Source: Octopus bimaculoides (Eukaryota). From it: a stretch of 56,371 bases of DNA. The translations under genes and the position numbers were made by a program. The notes under the pieces are model-generated. The model had not been told where the DNA came from and did not search any database. It was given only the letters and a program-made list of their open reading frames with translations. Shown one piece after another: positions 51,509-56,371 of this stretch. Numbering within the stretch: position 1 is the first letter of the stretch; the number at the start of each line of letters is the position of its first letter. Location: NCBI RefSeq assembly GCF_001194135.2, contig NC_068998.1:49945820-50002190 (forward strand), given 5' to 3'.

Positions 51509-54500
51509 ACAGGATTTGAAGGTAGTGTTTATCGCAACTGTAATGAGGGTTTTCCAAAGAAATAACGATTCTGCGGTTTTAACCCAAAGAGGGAAAAATT
51601 ATATTGCTATTTTAATTCATAGTTTAAGTCCTATTGCAATATACAGAATATACTGGATTATGCTGTTACTGACTATTTTTACTAGCAAACTACTCCTTTA
51701 GAAAAACTCTGTTCGAGATAGAATCAGTACATGTCGAAGGAGATGACCCTTTATCATAGCCTATGCAGTTTAAAGCCACTAAAATGCTGAGAAGCGGTTA
51801 AAATGCAGAGAAGCCTATTAAACTGAATATGAATGTCATTTGTGGTTTGGTCTACTCTAAGAAACACTGGAAGTTCTTCTCTCGTTTCTTTGCTCTCAGG
51901 TGTTAGAGTTAATATGCGTTGAGACATTTGGGAGATACTAGAAACTGTACTGCTCCCATGCGTGGATGCACACGTTCAAGGTGCAAGTTGGTGCCTCGAA
52001 CAGGACTGGACTTGTCACTATCATACAACTGCAGACACAAAACTGGATTCAGAAACAAAAAACTTTCCATCGTTCATGGTCAAGAATGTACGGCTCTTTG
52101 AATTTTTATATTTGGTCTATTTTAGAGAGGATGGTGACGAGCACTTTTCACGCTTCACCCGACGTTCTGAAGGCACGAGTGCACAAGAAATTTTCTTCGA
52201 CTTCGCAACAACAATTGCGTACCGCAATTGAAGCCTTCACGCTTAGAATTAAGGCTGTAATTCGAAACAGATGTGGTCATATTTCATAAATGTGTTCGTG
52301 TCATGACTATTTTGATTGACCGTTTCATTTCAATGCAAGATTCACCAAATATAACAATATTTCACTAGGGCACAATGCAAAAATTCAATTGACGGAATTT
52401 TAGGAAACTTAAGTATATATTCTGTGTGACAATTGTGGAGGGTCATCTTAGCTATTGCAGTTATATATATTCGTGAAACACCTACCTCGTCATTGTTAGA
52501 AGTGTTTTTCTGAAAAATTAAACATTGTCATATGTGAATACGAGACGTGTATAAGCGTTGTATGTGCAAGCATACACAGTAATGAGTAATGAGTAATTAC
52601 TTCAATTACACGAGGCTTATTATAAAAATATAATTAATATACATTTAATCAATTAATTATTAAAGTGAATGTTTTAGCTGTATAAACAAATCTTATCGTA
52701 GGAATCTTATTTCAGATATCGATGAAAAGATTTGATGTAATATAAAGAAAACATTCTGCTCTAAAGTTTTAAATACAGTTGTTCAAAAGTCAAATACATG
52801 CAACATAGAAATACAAAGTAACTTACAAAACATTTCCTGACTCCTATAAAGTAATTTCGACATTCGCGATACCTGTCTGGGTGAAAACAATCGTCGAAAA
52901 CTTTGTGAGCACTGCAAATGGAAGTTAATGTGGAAATTTAGAAAATAAATCATCGGCTATTGAAGTACGTGTGCGTTTGTTTGTGTGCTGAATTTTTACT
53001 CCATTTCTTGAACAGCTATTTAATCGTTACCTATGGAGTTATTTAACATAGACGCTTCTTTGAAGGATATACCTGTTCCACCTAATAACGTATATATTAA
53101 AGAACTTATCGGGAAGACACATTCATGTATTAACAGGATTCGTTGGAAGGCGTTTTTAATTTTTTTCGCCATGAACGGTTTGTGTTTTTAAACGGAGTGT
53201 ATTTTTTCTGATGTTATATCTGTTCCTGAATGATGTGTAAAGAAACCTTGATTTAAGCATCTTAATGAATTCTTTATACTGAAAAATATATATTGAAGAC
53301 GGTAAATATGTTCTTTTGAATTTATACGTTTTTGCGTCGTAACTCCTTTATTATTATTAATATTACCAAAAGGATCGATTCTTGAAGAGTCTGCATATCT
53401 TCACTGTCGTTTTTTTCTGCTATTTTGGTGATGATTTTTTAAGTTAGCTTACCACTTATTTTTGTTGGTAGTTAATTTATATATNNNNNNNNNNNNNNNN
53501 NNNNNNNNNNNNNNNNNNNNNNNNNNNNNNNNNNNNNNNNNNNNNNNNNNNNNNNNNNNNNNNNNNNNNNNNNNNNNNNNNNNNNNNNNNNNNNNNNNNN
53601 NNNNNNNNNNNNNNNNNNNNNNNNNNNNNNNNNNNNNNNNNNNNNNNNNNNNNNNNNNNNNNNNNNNNNNNNNNNNNNNNNNNNNNNNNNNNNNNNNNNN
53701 NNNNNNNNNNNNNNNNNNNNNNNNNNNNNNNNNNNNNNNNNNNNNNNNNNNNNNNNNNNNNNNNNNNNNNNNNNNNNNNNNNNNNNNNNNNNNNNNNNNN
53801 NNNNNNNNNNNNNNNNNNNNNNNNNNNNNNNNNNNNNNNNNNNNNNNNNNNNNNNNNNNNNNNNNNNNNNNNNNNNNNNNNNNNNNNNNNNNNNNNNNNN
53901 NNNNNNNNNNNNNNNNNNNNNNNNNNNNNNNNNNNNNNNNNNNNNNNNNNNNNNNNNNNNNNNNNNNNNNNNNNNNNNNNNNNNNNNNNNNNNNNNNNNT
54001 TCACAAAAAAAAGAACAGACGAAGACAGGTGGTGAAGAAAACAATAGATGTATTAGTATAACGCTCGGGAATTGAAAAAGTCTTTAACATTTCGAGCCTA
54101 CGCTCTTTAACAGAAAAGAAAACAGAAAGAAACAAGGAGAGAGAACAATGTGTGTAGTAATCAGCTATAAATTCTGCTCTAAAGATTTAGATATGTCAGG
54201 GTCCTGTACTGGCCAACGCTTTACGGGATTATTATCAGCTTCAAACATTCCCATTGCTAATTTAACACTGTGACATGGTTCATTATTCAGCATAAATATT
54301 GGCCGATGAGTTCGTTATGATATCACAACAGTAACAACATTCTTCACAATTATGTTTTTCTATATGACCGAATTCACATTACCATGGATCTCAATGAAAG
54401 CCCCAGAACCTACTGCAGAATCCCTTCTCCATATCATTAAACCCCAACTCTTACCGTTATTGATTTCTTCACACATTTAGGGAGCAATGTTTCCATTTTC

Positions 54501-56186
54501 AGACGTCTCACGTATTGTCTATTACTGGAGCCAACCAAATTGAACATATATCCGTCACTGAAGAACACAAACCACCAGTTGTCGTCCGTCCAAAGTATTC
54601 GCTCATTGGCAAGAATTTCCTACAACAATCCTGAATCGATCGTTAAGCGAAAGCCTCTGAATTACACGGTCTCACCACGCGCTCGTTTTCTGTGGTGTCC
54701 CCCTACATATTCCTCATAACACAAACAAGCTTGTTTCTTCATAATGCTTGAGAGTTCTTGAAACAAAACTATGTGATCAGTTAATGTCTCTAATGAAATC
54801 AGAAAGTGCTATCCAGTTTTTCTTCAGTGTGACTTCTCGGATCCTGAGACTTTCAGCAACTTTACGTGGCTTTCTATTATTGTCAGTTCACAACTGTACC
54901 CTATTAATCTTTGCACAGATCAGGCAACTAAGTATACAAAGTTCAGAGTGTTGTCAGTTACTTTATTTTGAAATCCGCATCATACGTTCTCTAATTTTCT
55001 ACATCTTGTTATAATTTATATTTTTTCAAATAAACAGTTTCTCTATTATAAATTATTTAGTTATTAATCACTTCGTAAAAAAGATTATTGTAAATAATGA
55101 AACTAATTTAAGGTATTTACAGTAAAAATTACATTCGGAAAAACAGAAGTAGAAATCGAAATAACTTTAAACTTTATTTTCGTTCTCTAATTTGGCCAAC
55201 TACAGTATATATATACACGTACATTTTGATTCCATTTCGAANNNNNNNNNNNNNNNNNNNNNNNNNNNNNNNNNNNNNNNNNNNNNNNNNNNNNNNNNNN
55301 NNNNNNNNNNNNNNNNNNNNNNNNNNNNNNNNNNNNNNNNNNNNNNNNNNNNNNNNNNNNNNNNNNNNNNNNNNNNNNNNNNNNNNNNNNNNNNNNNNNN
55401 NNNNNNNNNNNNNNNNNNNNNNNNNNNNNNNNNNNNNNNNNNNNNNNNNNNNNNNNNNNNNNNNNNNNNNNNNNNNNNNNNNNNNNNNNNNNNNNNNNNN
55501 NNNNNNNNNNNNNNNCGGACAACTAATTCTCGCTATTACTTCACATTCTGATTTTATATCTGACGCTGATGCACCTGGGTTTTGAAAAGCCCGTTTATAA
55601 ATCAAAGCATTGAGATAGATATTTCATTTTATTTGATCTGTTTAAATTGAATCAATAGCGGAAAGGACAGCAGATGCCGTCTTACTTTACATATATATGT
55701 GTATGTGTGTATACATATATATACAAACAGTGTACTTTAGTAAATTGTTTCACTTTACTTCGCTCTACATAAATACTGAAAAACAGAAATACTTGACGAA
55801 GTATATACCAGCTCTCTATATTCGAAGTCCAAATCTCACGTGCCTGGAGAAAGCAGCGTGATACCACTCCAGTATTCATCCGAAGACTAGCCAATGTCGC
55901 CGAAATTACAGTAAGCAACTTGACGGAGTTGAGGAAAACTAAAAGACTTCTAATCTCGCAATGGGTACTTGTGTGTGTGTACTTTTTTGTTGAAATATTT
56001 GTTAATCGATACACAAAGAAATGGGTTTACAAACAAGAATAATGATAACTGGATACCTTGTTAAATTTGGACTTTCACTGTGTGGAGCACATAATCATAT
56101 TTGAAGTTATTGTCATATCAATTAGCAAGAGCATAATTGAGACACTTACCAATTAAGAGAAGCAGAATAAACGCAGTAATTTTCAT
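51310..56186 (-). CDS. Locus L7: exons 56186-56150, exon 2 55574-55516 (remainder in N gap), 52911-52827, micro-exon 52509-52486, terminal exon 51369-51310
   Basis: MKITAFILLLLI-G-ASASDIKSECEVIARISCP-[gap]-AHKVFDDCFHPDRYRECRNYFIGVRKCF-KNTSNNDE-RSVETLFLTVISFNILMQI*. All visible junctions are GT-AG. Confidence 0.78.
51880..52400 (+). mobile_element. DD37D-like fragment in intron 4 of L7, orthologous to 41831-43223
   Basis: Colinear with 42480-43070 and shares its flanks. Confidence 0.65.
54170..55205 (-). mobile_element. Tc1 (DD34E) transposon, decayed, in L7 intron 2
   Basis: ANERILWTDDNWWFVFFSDGYMFNLVGS..RQYVRR..LPKCVKKS; HGNVNSVI; IFMLNNEPCHS; WPVQDPD. TIR-like CTGTAGTTGGCCAAA at 55191-55205. 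Confidence 0.8.
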
Positions 56187-56371
56187 ATTGATTTTTCCTT
56201 TTTACAGCCGATTCGCTTTGGTAAATCAGTCTTAAATGTGTCATACTTTGTTTTGAAATATAACGCAACAGATGTTGCATCTTGGACGTTTATTTATTAT
56301 GAACTCTTTAAATATTTATTCTACACGATGAAATATCGTGTTTGCACGTCAGCTATTTAGAATTCATATGT

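Overview
Eukaryotic, AT-rich, microsatellite- and gap-riddled scaffold. The repeat landscape (tRNA-derived SINE, mariner/Tc1/DD37D fossils, dense (TA)n/(CA)n/(TAGA)n) resembles an octopus/coleoid cephalopod genome; this is an inference. No long ORF in the supplied track is a real gene. Reading splice sites by hand reveals a tandem cluster of 7 loci (L1 on +, L2-L7 on -) of a small, fast-evolving gene family that I cannot assign to a known family. The architecture is five short exons: exon 1, a signal peptide (37-43 coding nt, phase 1); exon 2, 100 nt with 3 Cys; exon 3, 85 nt with 3 Cys; a 24-36 nt polar micro-exon 4; and exon 5, an ~18-21 aa hydrophobic tail plus stop. The predicted precursor is ~105 aa with framework C-x7-C-x13-C-x8-C-x8-C-x9-C and a GPI-anchor-like C-terminus. 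Residues between the cysteines are hypervariable, with a hand-counted excess of nonsynonymous change. Two loci carry tandemly duplicated 3' modules (micro-exon + tail), and two carry a duplicated, inactivated first exon. A co-duplicated mariner fossil sits in intron 4 of L2-L4. The rest is TE debris (Tc1, DD37D, Helitron, CR1/L2-like RT, Penelope-like), MITE-like foldbacks and simple repeats. All gene models are splice-site predictions without transcript evidence.
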